Shown here piece by piece: positions 24,270 to 38,567 of a stretch of 64,000 bases of DNA. The stretch's first letter is position 1, and each line of letters opens with the position of its first letter. The notes below the pieces were generated by a model, which ran no database searches, was not told the origin of the DNA, and saw nothing but the letters and a program-made list of their open reading frames with translations. A program made the position numbers and the translations under genes. Source of the DNA: Octopus sinensis (Eukaryota); assembly GCF_006345805.1 (NCBI RefSeq), contig NC_043007.1, positions 34,100,001-34,164,000 on the forward strand, in the 5' to 3' direction.

Positions 24270-24531
24270 CAAGGTTGTTTATGAAAGACCGGCAGTCACC
24301 CATGCATGCCAAACTCTCCTTTCCACGCTGCTGATGTTATCCAAGGAAAAGGCAAACGACGATACAGCTTGGCACCAGTAACATTGCAACTCATTTCTAC
24401 AGATGAGTGAACTGGATCAACATGAAATGAAGTGTCTTGCTCAAGAACACAACAGACAGTCCGGTCCAGGAATCGAATGCACTACTCCATGATTGTGTGC
24501 CCGACGCTCTAACCACTGAACCATGCACCTT
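24270..24531 (-). mobile_element. SINE with family D-type head/body and a different tail
   Basis: Minus strand tRNA-like head followed by tgtgttcttgagcaagacacttcatttcatgttgatccagttcactc (CORE-like body). Confidence 0.7.
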
Positions 24532-24960
24532 AACCAATAACTCATCTAGGGATGTTTAAAATAAGTATGAATCAACTATAGGGATAGATTTAAATAACTA
24601 AACAATTTCCCCCAAATTTCAGGCTCAGTGCCTATGTTAGAAACATCAAAGCCGTAGAACTGAATTTTTAGATTGTCAAAAAAAAAGCGGTTTGCTGTAT
24701 TTGTTTTTGTCATTATGATCTCAATTGTAATCATGACACGGCCAATTTTACCTTTCATTCTCTTGGAGTGGATTGATAAAGTTCCACTCCCGTACTGGGG
24801 GGGGGGGGTCAATGTCATCCACTAGTTCTCTTCCTTCTTAACTTAAACATTGAGCCTTGCTCTAAAATTATTATTATCATTTCAATTTGCAATTAAGAAA
24901 AAAATCCGTATATTTTGGAAGGGGCGTGTAGAATCAATTAAATCGAACCCGGCAATGAAA

Positions 24961-25263
24961 TTGTTTGTTCCTTCTCGAGCCATGCCTGGCTCATAAGGGC
25001 CGGTTTCCCGGTTTCCTTGGCATATAGGTTCCCCACCTGGACGGGGCGCCGGTCCGTCGCAGGTGAGCTGCAAGATGCAGGAAGAAAGAGTGAGAGAAGG
25101 TTGTGGTGAAAGAGTCAGCAGAAGTTCGCCATTACGTTCTGCCGGAGCCGCGTAGAGCTTAGGTGTTTCGCTCATAAACACACACATCGCTCGGTCTAAG
25201 ATTCGAACCCGCGATCCCTCGACCGCGAGTCAGCTGCTCTAATCACTAGGCCATGTGCCTCCA
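24961..25263 (-). mobile_element. SINE family C (tail variant 2)
   Basis: Head as in 20218; tail ...cccgtccaggtggggaacc...gcatggctcgagaaggaacaaacaa. Confidence 0.85.
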
Positions 25264-26127
25264 CTGGCAACGAAGTGGTACTCAGTTTACTGCCCCCACA
25301 AAAGACGATCAAGTAACTTGACTCCGGCTATGTCTGATCTTGAAATTTGAAAGAAAACAACTAAATAGTCATCGTATTGCTTATTTTACAAAAACAAAGC
25401 TGAAAGAGATTAACATTTCCCTTCTAAATAAACTAATACTGAATCGTCAGACAAAATTTATTTCCTATATCCAGAAACCAATTCTGTTTGTTTCGAAACA
25501 GACATTAAATATCGTCCGTTGAACAACGATGACATATGCAAACAGCCCGTGGTTCCTTTCTTTCAAATCGATAATTTAATCATTATGGTTTCATTTTGAA
25601 CATCGTTTGTAAATATTGATTGTATTACTCACGCTTAAGGCAAAACATGTATAAGTAACATATAAAATAAAAAGAAAATGTATAAATAGTTTACATTATA
25701 TTATACATTCAATATCCACCACCGTGTATCACTGATATTGGATAACGAGTTATATTTGAGCTTGATTTGATAAAAATTGCAGTCAAGTCTCCATCAAATA
25801 TAGATTGCTGCCATAAAAAAAGGAATGGTAGAGATAATGGGTCTAGGCGTGGCTGTGTGGTAAAAAGCTCGGTTCCCAAACATATTGTTCAGATCTCAGT
25901 CCGACTGCGTGTCACCTTGGGCAGGTATCTTTTCCTACAGTCTTTTCCCGGCCAAAAGATTTGTGAGTGGATTTAGTAGATGCAAATTGAAAGAATCTTG
26001 TTGTATACATACACACATACACGCACACACATGTATGTATATACATTAAATTGTGACTAAATGTGACTAGTGTGTTAAAAACACCTACATTTGCTAGATA
26101 TTAGAGCTGAAATGGGTCTAATGCTAT

Positions 26128-26537
26128 ACTCTTTTACTCTTTTACTCTTTTACTTGTTTCAGTCATTTGACTGCGGCCATGCTGGAGCACCGCCTTTAGT
26201 CGAGCAACTCGACCCCGAGACTTATTCTTTGTAAGCCCAGTACTTATTCTATCGGTCTCTTTTGCCGAACCGCTAAGTAACGGGGACATAAACACACCAG
26301 CATCGGTTGTCAAGTAATGCTAGGGGGACAAACACAGACACACAAACACACACACATACGTATATATATATACATATATACGACAGGCTTCTTTCAGTTT
26401 CCGTCTACCAAATCCACTCACAAGACATTGGTCGGCCCGGGGCTATAGCAGAAGACACTTGCCCAAGATGCCGCACAGTGGGACTGAACCCGGAACCATG
26501 TGGTTGGTTAGCAAGCTACTTCCCACACAGCCACTCC
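26128..26537 (-). mobile_element. SINE family B, full length
   Basis: Head ggagtggctgtgtgggaagtagcttgc, internal microsatellite, (gtaaaaga)n tail. Confidence 0.92.
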
Positions 26538-26696
26538 ATGAATGAAAACATACACTAAAAGGGACCATAATTGTCCGAAAAGTTTACATTAATTTTGTGT
26601 ATACACATTAGCGAATCTTTAAATCAGCCATTAATTTGGACGACGAAAACGTTATCTAATATGCTAATAGAGAGACAGGTCCGGAAATAGTCGAAC

Positions 26697-26763
26697 ACCG
26701 AATGGCTTATATGATGAAGGCAACGGAAATTGCCGAAACTGACGCGTCAGTCTGAAGAATTCG
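26697..26763 (+). ncRNA. Type-I hammerhead ribozyme motif, core C3 mutated
   Basis: atgatga-a-ggcaa cggaaa ttgcc-gaaa-ctgacgcgtcag-tc-tgaagaattcg. Stem III is the 14 nt palindrome actgacgcgtcagt; stem I is imperfect. Confidence 0.65.
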
Positions 26764-26957
26764 TGGTCAGTATTTTTCGAACAATTATGGACCCTTTTAG
26801 AGTAAATATTTTCATTCATGTGCTTTAACTACAGCATTAGAGCATTTTAGCTCTTATTTCTAGCAATGTACGTTTTTTAACAGCCTAGTCACAATATAGT
26901 GACAATAATAATTCTCCTTTTTGGTGCAACATTGCAACATGCCGTTTACATCAATTT

Positions 26958-26959
<2 letters not shown>

Positions 26960-27041
<82 letters not shown>

Positions 27042-27239
27042 GCATGCGTAAACACACACACATGCGAGCGAGCGCACATACACGCATACAAACATAGATT
27101 TATGCATACACATATATTTATAAATACATATATATATATCTTTTTCCTGATACACCTCGTTGTTGTTCCTACGTCTTTTATTTTCTGTAAATTTGAACTA
27201 TATACGTATGTATATATATATATATTATATATGTATATG

Positions 27240-27284
<45 letters not shown>

Positions 27285-27339
27285 ATATGCATATATATGT
27301 GTGTATATATATGTGTATATATATATGTATATATATATA

Positions 27340-27387
<48 letters not shown>

Positions 27388-27400
27388 TGTATATGTGTGT
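26960..27400. repeat. Compound (TA)/(TG) microsatellite field
   Basis: Direct reading. Confidence 0.9.
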
Positions 27401-28127
27401 CTTTGTGCTTTTGTCCCGTACCACCGCTTGACATCCAATGTTGGTGTATTTACCTTTCCATAACATAGCGGTTTGGCAACAGTGACCGATAGAATAAGTA
27501 CCAAGCTTTATCAAAACCTGGTGAGTGGATTAGATAGAATAACTATAGTGGTAAACGCATGTCGAAGGTGCCATACAGTGGGACTGAACCGGGAACCATG
27601 TCGAAGGTGCCATACAGTGGGACTGAACCGGGAACCATGTCGTTAGGAAGAAAATTATTTACCATACAGCTATATATCTGCGCCTATATTCTATATCATT
27701 TCACTAGCTCCAGACAATAAGCTGAGGCCATGCTGGAGCAGGCATGATTTAAAAATATTCTTGAGCATCAGACAGACAATCGGGGATTAAGACGATTCCA
27801 GGAATCAATGATAACAGATTACCTTTGTTTCTTCGTAAGAATTTCTTTCTTTCTTCTTTCCTTTCTTTCATTCATTTTTGTTTATTTCTTTCTAAACACT
27901 CACTCTGTTTCTTTCTCCTTCTCTCTTTCAACCGTTGCCACTCCGTCACTTAGACTTGCTTGTCCCTTTATTTGTCTGTTTCCCTGTATTTTCGTCTCTC
28001 TATGTGATTACATACACACATACGTACACACACTCTCTCTCTCACACACACACGCACATATATATATATATGTATGTACATATGTATCTATGTATTTATA
28101 TTTCTCCCACGCCATATATATATATAC

Positions 28128-28505
28128 TATTTTACTATTTTACTTGTTTAAGTCATTTGACTGCGGCCATGCTGGAGCACCGCCTTTAGTCGAGCAAATC
28201 GACCCCGGGACTCTTTGAAAGCCCAGTACTTATTCTATCGGTCTCTTTTTGCCGAACCGCTAAGTGACGGGGACGTAAACACACCAGCATCGGGGACAAA
28301 CACAGGCACACAAACACACACGTACATATATATATATATACATATATACGACGGGCTTCTTTCAGTTTCCGTCTACCAAATCCACTCACAAGGCATTGGT
28401 CGACCCGAGGCCATAGCAGAAGACACTTGCCCAAGATGCCACGCAGTGGGACTGAACCCTGAACCATGTGGTTGATTAGCAAGCTACTTACCACACAGCC
28501 ACTCC
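28128..28505 (-). mobile_element. SINE family B
   Basis: Same layout as 26128-26537, with a small deletion. Confidence 0.9.
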
Positions 28506-28919
28506 TGCGCCATATATATATATACATATATATATATATGTGCGTGTTTGTATGTATGTGTGTAGTCCAAACACGCACGAATCTATGAATGTGTGCGTGT
28601 ACATCTAAGTTTCTAGATTCGCCCGGCCATCTTTAATTTTCTTTTTTTCCTTTCTCTTTTAAATATTTGCTTCTTACAATTTCTTATATCATATTTCTCT
28701 TTCTTTTCTCTCTGTCTTCTCTCTTCTCTTTCGTTTTCCTGCATTCGTCCATATTCTTCATTTTGAATTGTTTTTGCTCTTGTTATTATCATTGTTGCTG
28801 CTGTTGTTATTGTTGTTGTTTTCATTGCTGTTATGAGCTGTTACGTTAAATTAGGTGGATTCGTTTGAAATTTCGATTGTTATTCTCTAAATCCTACGAA
28901 TTACTGGCAGAGACATAAG

Positions 28920-29188
28920 ATAGGCAGGCAGGTAGGTAGAAAACGAGATAGATAGATACATATATAGATAGATAAATAGATAGATAGATAGATGGATGCA
29001 CACATACATTCATAATACATACATACATACATACATACATACATACATACATACATACATACATACATACATACATACATACATACATACATACATACAT
29101 AGAGAAACAGACACTCAGATAGATAGGTAGACAGACGGAAAAGTAGACAGCTAGACAGGTAGCCAGCTAGACAGGCAGACACAGATAA

Positions 29189-29232
<44 letters not shown>

Positions 29233-29375
29233 ATAGATAGATCGATAGATAGATAGATGATAGAGAGATAGATAGATAAATAGATAGATAGATAGATAGA
29301 CATGTTGAAAGATAGACCACCTCTTGTCTGAATTGTCTTTACATTGTAAATTATCAGCATATATATGTGTGTACG

Positions 29376-29418
<43 letters not shown>

Positions 29419-29730
29419 ATATGTATATATATATATGTGTGTGTATATATATATATATACATATATATATACACATATATATCAACATTTATCTATATAT
29501 TCACACACATACAAGCATATATATATATATATACCTATAAATACATGCATATATAGTGCACACATGCGTATATATATATATATAATATATATATATATAT
29601 ATAATATACATATATATATGGATATATATATATATATATATACACATGTATATGGATATATGTATATAATATACATATATATATAATATATATATATCCA
29701 TATATATATATACACATATATATTAAACAG
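28920..29730. repeat. (GATA)n, (CATA)n, (TA)n and (GT)n microsatellite cluster
   Basis: Direct reading. Confidence 0.92.
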
Positions 29731-30117
29731 AGACATAGATACGTATATAGGCAGTAAGAAAAGGGGAAAGAAAGAGAGGGAGAGAGAGAGAGAGAGAGAG
29801 AGCGAGAACGTCAGAAAGAGAGAGAAAGAGAGAGGCCGCACGCAATAAAACAAAGAGAAGAAATTTTGATGGAACAACTGAAAGGTAGAGAAGACAATGT
29901 TGATTCTTCTCATCAAATCTGATTATCTTTGTTAAAGAACACAATCATAATTGTATGATGTAACGTATTCTTTGTTCTTCAGATTTTCTTTCACGCAGTA
30001 TAAGCTCCATCACCGTACAATCACTTCAAAACTTAAGCATCTCGATATTTCGCCCCCGTTTTTTTTTTTTCGCTGTTTGCTTTGCATTCCTGTTACCTGC
30101 TGTTTGTTGCTTATTCT

Positions 30118-30529
30118 CTCTTTTACTCTTTTACTCTTTTACTTGTTTCAGTCATTTGACTGCGGCCATGCTGGAGCACCGCCTTTTAGTCGAGCAAATC
30201 GACCCCGGGACTTATTCTTTTTGCACGCCCAGTACTTATTCTATCGGTCTCTTTTTGCCGAACCGCTAAGTGACGGGGACGTAAACACACCAGCATCGGT
30301 TTTCAAGCAATGCTAGGGGAACAAACACAGACACACAAACACACACACACATACATATATATATACATATATACGACAGGCTTCTTTCAGTTTCCGTCTA
30401 CCAAATCCACTCACTAGGCTTTGGTCGGCCCGGGGCTATAGCAGAAGACACTTGCCCAAGATGCCACGCAGTGGGATTGAACCCGGAACCATGTGGTTGG
30501 TTAGCAAGCTACTTACCACACAGCCACTC
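30118..30529 (-). mobile_element. SINE family B, full length
   Basis: Head, internal microsatellite and tail all present. Confidence 0.92.
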
Positions 30530-30638
30530 ATATATATTTTTTTTACTATTTGTTTATTTTTATCGTTTTCTTTGGCTGATTTTTTAAGTTTTTTTTTTGG
30601 GGGGGGGTTCCATATATGTGTGTGCGTGTGTGTTTCTG

Positions 30639-30691
<53 letters not shown>

Positions 30692-30813
30692 TTATATATA
30701 TAAACACATATATTTCTTTATATGTATGTGTGTATATATGTCTATCCATTTATCTGTCTCTCTCCAAATATATATATACATACACTCACGTACACACACA
30801 CACACACACAAAC

Positions 30814-30844
<31 letters not shown>

Positions 30845-30949
30845 CATATATGTATGTATGTTTTTTATATATGGATGTATGCGTGTATGTATGTATGCAT
30901 GTATGTATGTATGTGTGTGTGTCTCTTTTTAATTATTTTAAATCTTCCA

Positions 30950-31315
30950 CTCAGATGGGAGCCGGTTTCCAACAAAGATACAAGGTTCCAACATTGGGAT
31001 GTAGTTAACACAGACAAATCAACATTGGGAACTTGAGACAAGTCTTGCATATTTTTACTGTTCCACTTATGGATTGGAGTTGTAATGTACGTATCAGGTG
31101 GCGAATTTCTCTTTCTGAAAATCCAACTTTGTCCAGATTCTCCTTTAAGTATTTACGAACGAAATCTAGTGCTCCAATTATTATTGGTATGAATACGAAT
31201 TCATAGTCCGGATATAAAAGCTGGAGTAGTTTTCAGTATACATCCTCTCTTTCTTTGATTTTACAAAGATATATTCATGTCTGCAGGGCAGCTGACCTTT
31301 ATGATGGTACGTACC
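30950..31315 (-). mobile_element. 3' end of an RLE-type (R4/Dong-like) non-LTR element
   Basis: IIKVSCPADMNI...LYPDYEFVFIPIIIGALDFVRKYLKENLDKVGFSEREIRHLIRTLQLQSISGTVKICKT, resembling the restriction-like endonuclease C-terminus. Confidence 0.75.
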
Positions 31316-31611
31316 TACATATATGTATATGTATGTTTGAGTAAATATATGTATATATATATATAATTAGGAATATGCAGTCTTCGAAACATATGTCGAA
31401 AATAAAGGAATTTTGTTAAATCGTCGTTCGACTCCATTCTTTCATTTATTTATAGTAAAAAAAAACACACAAATTTCCACACGAAAGCACGTGATCTCTG
31501 CCCTTGGCATGTAGCTTCAACCGTGTTTTCTGACGTGAATTTGCTACCCGGGTATCGATTAACCGAATAAATCCATACTAGGATAATTCATTCAACTACT
31601 TATATATATAT

Positions 31612-32375
31612 ATATATATAATCTTTGCACTTGTGATTTTTTAATGTTTTTTACCCCCATACCTTCGTGGGTTATTCTGGGTAAACACTATCTGAGAGAA
31701 ATTTTCTTTAAGTATTAGAAATAGCTAAAAAAAACTTTTTGGGCTGCTATTTCTAATGAGTTCAGTATGTGGCAAAGTAATTTATTTTACTAAGCCCTTT
31801 TATATAATGTAATATTTTGAATTCGCCTTAAATGGTCCTTTTACATACTGAATACTTGGTGAAATTGATTAATAACTAATTAATTTTACCCTCAATTGTT
31901 GAAATTATAATTCATTTCTCTCTGTTTATTGCCTCGGTTTTCACCGCTAAAATATGGTGTTTGCTAGTTTAGCCCACGTGGGTGGAAGGGGAGAGCAGGA
32001 ATTCTTCGCTTGCATATTTTGAATTTGTTGGCATTGTCAGTTTGAACGGGCCATCTGAGGTGTTAAGTCGCCAAAAGGGTATGTTCCTACTTTCAGTGTT
32101 TCCAAATCCAAATTAAGAAATTTTGGGCTGACGAAAGAAATGTCGAATTTTATTTGGCTGATCTAGAAGCGTAACGTTCTCAAATAATCTTTGCACTTGT
32201 GATTTTTTAATGTTTTTTACCCCCATACCTTCGTGGGTTATTCTGGGTAAACACTATCTGAGAGAAATTTTCTTTAAGTATTAGAAATAGCTAAAAAAAC
32301 TTTTTTGGCTGCTATTTCTAATGAGTTCAGTATGTGGCAAAGTAATTTATTTTACTAAGCCCTTTTATATAATGT
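31612..32375. mobile_element. Terminally redundant 566 bp unit (~1.35 copies); same family as 541-900
   Basis: atctttgcacttgtgatt...actaagcccttttatataatgtaata at 31621-31812 is repeated almost exactly from 32187. Confidence 0.75.
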
Positions 32376-32961
32376 AATATATATATATATATATATATAT
32401 GTTTGTGTGAGTATTTATGTGTGTGTGTGTGTGTGTGTATTTATGTGTCTCTGTTTGTCCCCCGCCACCATCAGTTGACAGCTCCGTTTAGGTCCCCGTA
32501 ACTTAACGGTTCAGCAAAAGAAACTGATTGTATAAGTACTATGTTTAGAAAGAATAACTGCTGTTGTCGATTTGTTCGACTAAATGCGGTGCTCCAGCAT
32601 GACTGCACTCAAAAGACTGAAACAAGCAAAAGAATATATATGTATATATACACACATATTCTCTTCTAGTCTAGGCACAAGGCACGACATATTTGGGGAG
32701 TGAGTCTGTGGATTAGATCGATCCCAGTATACAACTGGTACTTAATGTTTCGACCCTGAGAGGATGAAAGGCAAAGTTGACCTTGGCAGAATTTGAACTC
32801 AGAACGTAAAGAGAGACGATTACACACACATACTAATATCCTACGAATAGATACAATGTTAGATACAATATATATATATATATATTATATATATGGAGAG
32901 AGAGAGTGGGAAGAGGGAGTAAAATAGACAAATACACGGTTACGTAGTTAGGTTGTATATA

Positions 32962-33000
<39 letters not shown>

Positions 33001-33116
33001 TATATATATGTATGTATTTATATATATGAATGTATTTATATATATGAATGTATATGTATGCATATATATATATAAAATATATATATATCTATATATATAT
33101 ATATATATATATATTT

Positions 33117-33155
<39 letters not shown>

Positions 33156-33445
33156 AGATATATATAAATGTATGTAAGTATTATATATACATATCGAACA
33201 CACAATGAGTCGAAGCAGGGGCAGCTGATGAAGGGGAATTTTCCTTGTATTGTTTGTCTTGTACTCTGTTTTTTCGATGTTAAAAAAAGTCGTTTCCTGT
33301 TTTGTTCTTATGTTTTCGTTTCTTGTTGTGTTCTACGTTTATTTGTGGTGTCCTGTACTCATATATGCACGTATATATCCATATAGATGTAGGTATGTAC
33401 ATATATGTATGTATGTATGCATATGTTTTATTTATTAATTGTTAT

Positions 33446-33503
<58 letters not shown>

Positions 33504-33839
33504 CATATAAGGCAAACAGACAGACAGACAGACGGATAAATGAATACTTATAGATAGGCATTACAATAAACTATATTCACTTTACCTTTCACTTGATGCA
33601 TATATTTTGACAGCTCAATTGGTAAAGAATCAAATTAGCAATTCAATATGTAGGAATATATCATTCGGTTAAATGAAGCCAGAGAGGAATATTCACGCAG
33701 ATATAGAGACATATATTCTGGTAGGGATAGATACACAAGCATATGCATGCGCATATATATATTTAAGCTCGTGGGAGTCAGGGTGAATCTAATCCTCTCT
33801 TTTCCTCTTGCTCTCTCTTTATATATGTATATCTATTGG

Positions 33840-33853
33840 TCTATCTATCAATG

Positions 33854-33928
<75 letters not shown>

Positions 33929-33932
33929 CTCC

Positions 33933-33971
<39 letters not shown>

Positions 33972-33980
33972 ATCTATCTA

Positions 33981-34020
<40 letters not shown>

Positions 34021-34027
34021 TCTATCC

Positions 34028-34074
<47 letters not shown>

Positions 34075-34075
34075 A

Positions 34076-34150
<75 letters not shown>

Positions 34151-34195
34151 AATCTATCTATCTATCTATCTATCTATCTGTTTGTATGTCACTCG
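33840..34195. repeat. (ATCT)n/(GTCT)n microsatellite
   Basis: Direct reading; source of the 246 aa IYLS ORF. Confidence 0.97.
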
Positions 34196-34484
34196 TATAT
34201 TATATAGACATATATATATATACATATTTGCATATATATTTACGCATGTAAGTAAATGTGTGTGTGTGTGTGTGTGTACAGGTATGAACACCCCGACAAG
34301 TACTCAAAGACAACGATATGTCAAGCGCAAAAAAACCTTCAGAAAAGGGAATATTTTCCAGTTTACTAAAACTGAATTACACACACATGTACACATACAT
34401 ACGCTCACACACACACACACACACACACACAACACACATACACAAACACATACACACAGACACCCGTATTTCATGGTTGTGTGG

Positions 34485-35060
34485 TGAGAGATTTACTCTC
34501 CACTATGACCGTTAGACTGCTCCGGAACCTACAGCATGCGTTCCACACTATGTACTTGTAAAAATCTGCGAATATTTTGATCTTGGCCATCAACTCTGCC
34601 ATGTTATTGCAAGCAGAGTGTTTGGCGGCTCTATCTATAGCGTCCGACACATAGTGATCCATGGGATTACAGCCGAAGGAATTAGGAGGCCAAAAACTGG
34701 GGTTGGCCGTTGAAGTCGTAGAAATTCACCTGGAACCACTTTAGTCAGTTGCCGGGTGTACAAGGAGCCTAACCATGTTGTCACACATATGGCCTTCCAG
34801 CAGCAACCCTCTCCAGCTAGAGTGTCACCATAGACTGCAGCAGCTTCAAATAGCCGTCTGAATTGTGCCTAAGGCCCAGTGCAAATTGTGGAGCGGTATG
34901 ACGTCACACTTACTGGTGACTTGCCTAAAGACCTTCAGAGTTTGAGGGAACTTGGTTTCCGTGATGTCCATGTCACGACAAATATCATTTATAGTGTTGA
35001 TAGAGCAAGGAGCAACAGTCACGTACTCGGCATTTTGATACCTTGTGCGAATCAGCATGA
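34485..35060 (-). mobile_element. Tc1/mariner superfamily (maT/DD37D-like) transposase relic
   Basis: TKFPQTLKVF...DVIPLH; ERVAAGRPYV*QH..APC; NFYDF; FWPPNSFGCNPMDHYV...ELMAKIK...ACCRFRS. Many stops and frameshifts. Confidence 0.8.
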
Positions 35061-35375
35061 TACAGGTAACTCTTTCCCAATGTTTAGACAGCTTCTAATA
35101 CTTCGTGTCAATTAACTCTTACTCATCTACAACTTTAATCTTTATGCTTTCCAACGCCGTTGACTGTTCACGTATACATCAAGTTGTCGCTGAAAAAGGA
35201 GAACTAACAAATCGTCAAATTTAACTCGGACACTCTGTACTACTCACTATTGGTAATAATTATGAACAAACCTTTTTCAAATGCTTCTAATGTAATTCGT
35301 CAGCCGCATGAAAGTAAAATACTCCTAAGCAATGAATATGCTAGATCAATTGAAATGAATATGATTTTCCAGGTA

Positions 35376-35888
35376 CCGTAAATCCTCGAGTATAATCCGC
35401 ATTTTTTTTCCCAAAATTTAAAGGTCAAAATCCATAGTGCGTATTATACACGAGGTTAAAAATGAAAATTGTTTTCTAAGCAATGTCCGAATCTCTATTT
35501 GCTGTCCGGCAATGTTTATTCAGACACATTTTGTGATGTCTGGCGTGAAAATACCTCAAGCTAAGCCTGAAAGCAATGAAGTCATAAAAGAATCATCCAT
35601 AACTTGCAGTAAGCAACATTTATTAAACGTTATTACTGTTATTTCTTTATTTTCTGCACACAAAATGCACAAAAATGTTACATGTTTGCATTGTGTTATA
35701 TATACAATAATAATAAAGGACGCTACCGTATACATTTTTACAAACCAAGGACGTTATATAGATCTCCTTCACTCAAGTTAGAGAAAGGGTGCGTATTATA
35801 CACAAGGCTTAGGTTTTTCAGAGGTACAGCCCCCTAAAATCCCTCTGCGTATTATACTCAAGGGCGAACTATACTCGAGGATTTACGG
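35376..35888. mobile_element. pogo/Tigger-type MITE, 513 bp
   Basis: Perfect 19 bp TIRs ccgtaaatcctcgagtata / tatactcgaggatttacgg with TA on both sides. Confidence 0.92.
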
Positions 35889-36984
35889 TATATATAAATC
35901 TCTTTTCTCGAATGGACTGGACTGGACTGTAGACAGGACGAATATGTGACAATTTAATAACTGCGCAAATGTAGTTAAGGCACAACAATACGGACCACCA
36001 ACAGAATAAAAATAAAAAAAGAAAAGATGGCATAGAATTGGCCAAGGAAAGCAAATTGACCAACGAATTAACCAAATAAAACGAAAAGCCAATTTAGAGG
36101 TAACAGATTCAATAACGGGAAAAGAAACAAGGAAATAATAAGATATAGCGACATCATACAGGAAGTCAATTCTGACCTCCATAAGATAGAGATGTAAAAT
36201 CGAAAATAGTAGAGAAACACACAAATGGAGATAAATCGAGCGAAAAATTGACAAAAAAAAATAAGTAAAAGCGACAGCATGGTAATAAGAACATCACCAA
36301 CCACGAAATAATCAACGGAGACGACAATATAGAGTAACTCAATACAACGAAATCGAACAACAGAAGCAAAACATCTGATAAATTGCCCCCATGCCAAATG
36401 ACAAATGACAAATACTCAAAAATGGTACAACTCTTATTAACCCTAACTAACGTTTCACGAGAGCTGAAATCATTAATGCCTCTGAGTTCAAATTTTGCCT
36501 ACCATTCTTCCGGGGTCGATAGACTAAACTACCGACCTGTAGCGGAATTAAAGGTAGGAACCTCATCAAAAAAATAAAAAATTCTGACTTTGGGCATAGA
36601 TTAGAAATAATCATTAATCTAGGTTTAGAAGAATGTGTTCTTCCACTTTAAGATAAAACTTTTTAATCGTATGTTCGGTTTTTCTCAATCAGTTACCAAT
36701 CCTCCTCCTCCTCCTCCTTGCAGTAAAATATGCGAGGTCAGACTTGGCATGAATAAACCGAGTTTAAGAGAACATTCATCATTGTTCATATTTAAAAATA
36801 ATAACTACCACCGTAGAAAATTGAACGTTCTCCAGAATGTAGAATTTGTAGTAACACTTTAAAGTTTGATAGAATTCGTGTTCTATAGTTAGACTGTAGT
36901 AGATTGGTGCGATTGAAAAGGACCACCGCAAACGTATTGGGTTTGAGATTACGCAGTAAACCATACGTTTTGAAAGATGGGATG

Positions 36985-37175
36985 CAACTCCAGCAGACGG
37001 TAATGGCGAACTTCTGCTGACGCTTTCGCCACAACTTTCTCTCACTCTTTCCTCCCGCATCTTGTAGTTCACCTGCGACAGACCGGCGTCCCGTCCAGGT
37101 GGGGAACCTATACGCCAAGGAAACCGGAAAACTGGCCCTTATCAGCCAGGCATGGCTCGAGAAGGAACAAACAAT
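36985..37175 (+). mobile_element. SINE family C (tail variant 2), 5'-truncated
   Basis: Homologous to 24961-25140. Confidence 0.8.
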
Positions 37176-37923
37176 GTAATTGGGATGTTGCAGGAAAATG
37201 AAACTACAGGAGGAATGATAATCTTAATAATATATAAACATAGAATATTACAGGACAAGAATAAGAAGAAGTTTAGAAATATTACATCTGGTGTTGGAGG
37301 TGAAATATAAAAAAATATGGTGATGTACTGAAAATAGCTTCTTTCGTGCAAAGCGAATTTGCAAGGCAGTTGAATAAAAACGAAATATATTAAATTTAGA
37401 GTGACTATTTATACAATGATATATGCTCTTAAAAAAAGCACTTGAAAAGCAAGTCAATGCATATATTGAAATAGTATCAATAGTGTATCACAACACTACG
37501 CCTGCACAAAATGAAACGAGAAATTGTTCAAATTCATTGGAATGATCATTGAATGAAAATCCAAGTCGAGATTTTGAGGTCGATTTTATCAATTTAAATT
37601 CTTGACCGTAGTGTTCCAGCATGGTCGAAAACTGAATCTGGTAAAAAATAACTAATCACTACAAGACACTCAGTTCGACGCATCGTTTTTGCCGATCATC
37701 GCCTTCTGGGAGTGTAGCTGTAACGATAAATCACACAAAGTAAAGAGAGTAATGTTCTCCGCAATAGAGAAATATCATCACGTACATAAACACATTTTGT
37801 GCGCGTGCGCATGTGTGTGAGGGTGTACAGATACAATTTCATCCAGTGATAAGTGTCGTTTGCAATCAATAAGTCTGTTAAAGACATACTAATTGAGAAG
37901 AGGCGTAGATGTTTACTCCGCAG

Positions 37924-37943
37924 AACTTGATACATTACAGAGG
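37924..37943 (+). other. Candidate 20 nt microexon
   Basis: tttactccgcag|AACTTGATACATTACAGAGG|gtaagt; reads (E)LDTLQR. Confidence 0.22.
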
Positions 37944-38089
37944 GTAAGTGAATATACATTAATCATCATGTTTATGCTGTTTGATTCAAGTATTACCTCA
38001 CATTACTTCAATACATATTCGACCAAAGACAGTTCGCAGTTCTTGACACTCAGTTTAAGAATGCTTATTTTGTATTGTTAAATAACTAT

Positions 38090-38567
38090 TTCTTTACTAC
38101 CCACAAGGGTCTAATCACAGAGGGGACAAACAAGGACAGACAAACGGATAAAGTCGATTTTATCGACCCCAGTGCGTAACTGGTACTTAATTTATCGCCC
38201 CCGAAAGGATGAAAGGCAAAGTCGACCTCGGCGGAATTTGAACTCGGAACGTAAAGACAGACGAAATACGGCTACGCATTTCGCTCGGCGTGCTAACGGT
38301 TCTGCCAACTCGCCGCCTTATTATTAAATATATATTCGTTTCTTTATTACCCACAAGGGGCTAAACATAGAGGGGACAAATAAGAACAGACTAAGGGATT
38401 AAGTCGATTATATCGACCCAAGTGCGTAACTGGTACTTAATTTATCGACCCCGAAAGGATGAAAGGCAAACTGACCTCGGCGGAATTTGAACTCAGAACG
38501 TAACGACAGACGAAATACGGCTACGGATTTCGCCCGGCGTGCTAACGGTTCTGCCAGCTAGCCGCCT
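38090..38567 (-). mobile_element. Two adjacent full-length SINE A copies
   Basis: Copies at ~38090-38318 and ~38339-38567; the motif tatt(g/a)ttaaata lies before, between and after them. Confidence 0.92.

Noticed and set aside
33195-33260. ctgatgaagggg in a repeat also seen at ~9310
   Set aside because: No GAAA/stem III follows the hairpin, so hammerhead topology is incomplete.
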